Source of the DNA: Mobula hypostoma
Lineage: Eukaryota
DNA: 64,000 bases
Assembly: GCF_963921235.1 (NCBI RefSeq)
Contig: NC_086109.1
Coordinates: 36,210,001-36,274,000, forward strand
Reading direction: 5' to 3'
A program made the position numbers and the translations under genes. Shown in pieces: positions 61,591 through 64,000 of this stretch. The notes under the pieces were generated by a model. That model saw only the letters and a list, made by a program, of their open reading frames with translations, had not been told where the DNA came from and ran no database searches. Position 1 is the first letter of the stretch, and each line of letters begins with the position of its first letter.

Positions 61591-64000
61591 TTAAACCTCA
61601 CAGCTTAGTTAACAAGGGAGGTTTTCCTTCTGTCTTTTTAATTACCCCTCTGTTCAGATATCAACCATGAATGATTTTGCACCTTTACCCATAATTTTAC
61701 AATATTGAGATACAATATAATGATCTAATAAAGATTGAATAGAAGTGTACTTTATTGATTCCTGTTTTTCTAGAAATTATCCCGAAGGTTGAATGATATT
61801 TTAAGATCTTATTAACTGAAAAGCATCAATGGGACAAAATGAACTTCCTTTTTCTCTTCAATAATCAGTATACAGTACATATAATTAAATTATAGTCATA
61901 AAATTGTCAGCGCACAGAGCAGAGCCATCAATCATACTATTTTACTGTAAGGTAAGTTGTCTCCCATTCTTTTTCTATAACTTTGCAAATTATTTTTCCT
62001 CAATTGCCACTTCTACTTTGAAAGTTCTGATGGATTCTCTTGTTATTGCTCTTGCAGACAGAGATTTCAAATTCATTTCCACTTTCCATATAAAAAATAT
62101 AGATTTTAGTCTTGTCCCCAATGCATCCTTTACCTATCATTTTAAACCTGAGCGCTTGCAGTCTTCAACGCAGCACCTGATAACACCTCATTATTTATTC
62201 CACCTAAAGCCATCATGAACTTATGCACCAAAATAAATTCCCCTCTTAATTTTCTTTGGTCCAATGTAAACATTTTCAATCTATACTTGGAACAAAAATC
62301 ACATATCCTGGAATCATTCTACTTTTACTTTACTGCAGCATTTCTAAAAACTTTTCACCTTATCTAAGATGAACTAATCCAATTTGAATATAATATTCTA
62401 ACGCTTTTTATTTTAAGATTCTATCATTCTAAGATTAACCTCAGATAAACTGTGATAATTTCAGATCAATAAATGGCTACTCTGTTCCTAATGCTCCTTA
62501 AAATATATATTAGAAAAGCTGAACTAAAATTGGAAGCAGTATTTTACTACTTTTAATATATTTGATCTCCCAAGATGCATGTCCTCTGCCAAACTAAATT
62601 CATAGCTGATGCTGAAATTAACTTGTTCATATTCTATTTTTGATTAAGTATTAAGTTAAGAACAATTCGGAATTTTACCGATTTGAGAACTGCGAAATAT
62701 TTGTTTATTGAGGAATTGGGTAAAATCATAACAATAGCATGATATTGAAATTGTGAGCTTCATCTCATTTCTGCAATATTTGATTGACAATAAAACTGGT
62801 GAAAAAAAGGTAATTACCTTAAGTATACTTGTCTTTACAAGGGTTTATTTGTTCCTCAAATGGACAAATCTCATGGCCCAGTCTTTACAAATTTATGTTT
62901 TGGAGAAGTGGAGCAAATAACTGAGGAATCCATGAACATAATAGCTACTTCAAAATAGAATGCCTGAAAGTATTAACTTATTTTTCAACTTGTTAATCAG
63001 GCATCTAAAACAATTCCTTCTATGTTCAATCACATATTGATACTGTCAATAGCTATCTTGGTACGAAGTAAGTGCTGCAAGAATCTCTCCGATTCCAATT
63101 GTTTGGATACTTCTAATTGTTTGCATTATCTTTCAAATCCAGTCCTTACATTGTAAGTACTTTAACTTCTTTATTAGACTGTCTTACTCTGCCTCCCGTC
63201 CAATTGCTTTTAGAATCCCTCTGGTGCATTTGGCTGAATTTCCTTAATATTTTTTTCAGCTGTCAAGTGCTTTTTTCAACATTAAGGTTTCATATACTTC
63301 TCATTAATTAACATCCTTCATAATAATTGACATACCTGAAATAACATGATGTGATATTTGATGCAAGATATTTAGATCCCCCTTTAACTTTTCTTTGCTT
63401 ATTCACTCTTTCTAAAACTGAGATAAGCTGAGAAGCTTAAATTTTCTTCAGTTCAGATTGTTGGTTTTGAGGTCTTAAAACTAATTTAGGACTGAATTCT
63501 CCAACGCCGAACATTTTTTACATTCACATTTATAACAGAGGCCCAAAATGGTTATTTAGTTCCCTTGTGTGATCAAACAACATCAGATACTCCAAAGACA
63601 TATGGAAGCAAGGATAAAATGTATTCACTAAATACGTTACACATAATAGGAATTTGCTATGAGTGGGGTAGTGTGTGGCTGGCGAGTGAAGAGTTCTTGC
63701 AATCTGATGAGACATGACTTTGGTGCATTTGTTGTTACTGTTAGAGCAGAAGTTCCTTGTTTAGTGTAATGCTGAAGATACAACTGAAACAGTGAGTTAA
63801 AATCTTCTGGGAAAGGAGGCTCATACAGAGAAGATATCAGCATCCTGTTGCACTTCTGCACAATTTGAGAAAAGCATTTGTGTCATTGGGAGCCCAGTAG
63901 TTGATCTGAAGCTCCATTTGGACCTAAAATCCACTGTGAAGGGACATAATGTCACCATTTTACTTTTGATAATATGGAGGCATCAGAAACTCCCAATACA

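Noticed and set aside
1..64000. CRISPR arrays, prokaryotic operons, tRNA or rRNA genes
   Set aside because: None seen. Repeats are dispersed eukaryotic transposons with no regular repeat-spacer periodicity.

Overview
Eukaryotic, repeat-dense non-coding DNA. The mix of CR1, Rex1/Babar, L1, Penelope-like elements and a V-SINE-like repeat suggests a cartilaginous fish (inference). No host protein-coding gene can be identified with confidence; nearly all ORFs in the track are transposon fragments or their antisense shadows. Contents: many CR1 LINE copies (one young subfamily present three times), several Rex1/Babar fragments, a decayed Gypsy provirus, a full-length L1 with its target-site duplication (TSD), two solo LTRs, a piggyBac-like MITE and Tc1 remnants. 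The most striking system is a family of Penelope-like elements (PLE; RT + GIY-YIG). Five of its insertions (about 0.2, 0.3, 2.1, 2.7 and 4.2 kb) share one architecture: an inverted repeat with 3' ends facing outward, a ~34-44 nt extra tail on one side only, and a 10-16 bp direct TSD. A minimal hammerhead ribozyme motif (AGTC-CTGAnGA-stem II-GAAA-CG-TC-GACT) lies in the terminal repeats, about nine copies in total. There is also a four-level nested insertion (Gypsy > L1 > PLE > unknown SINE-like element). All coordinates and alignments were read by eye and boundaries are approximate unless a TSD is given.
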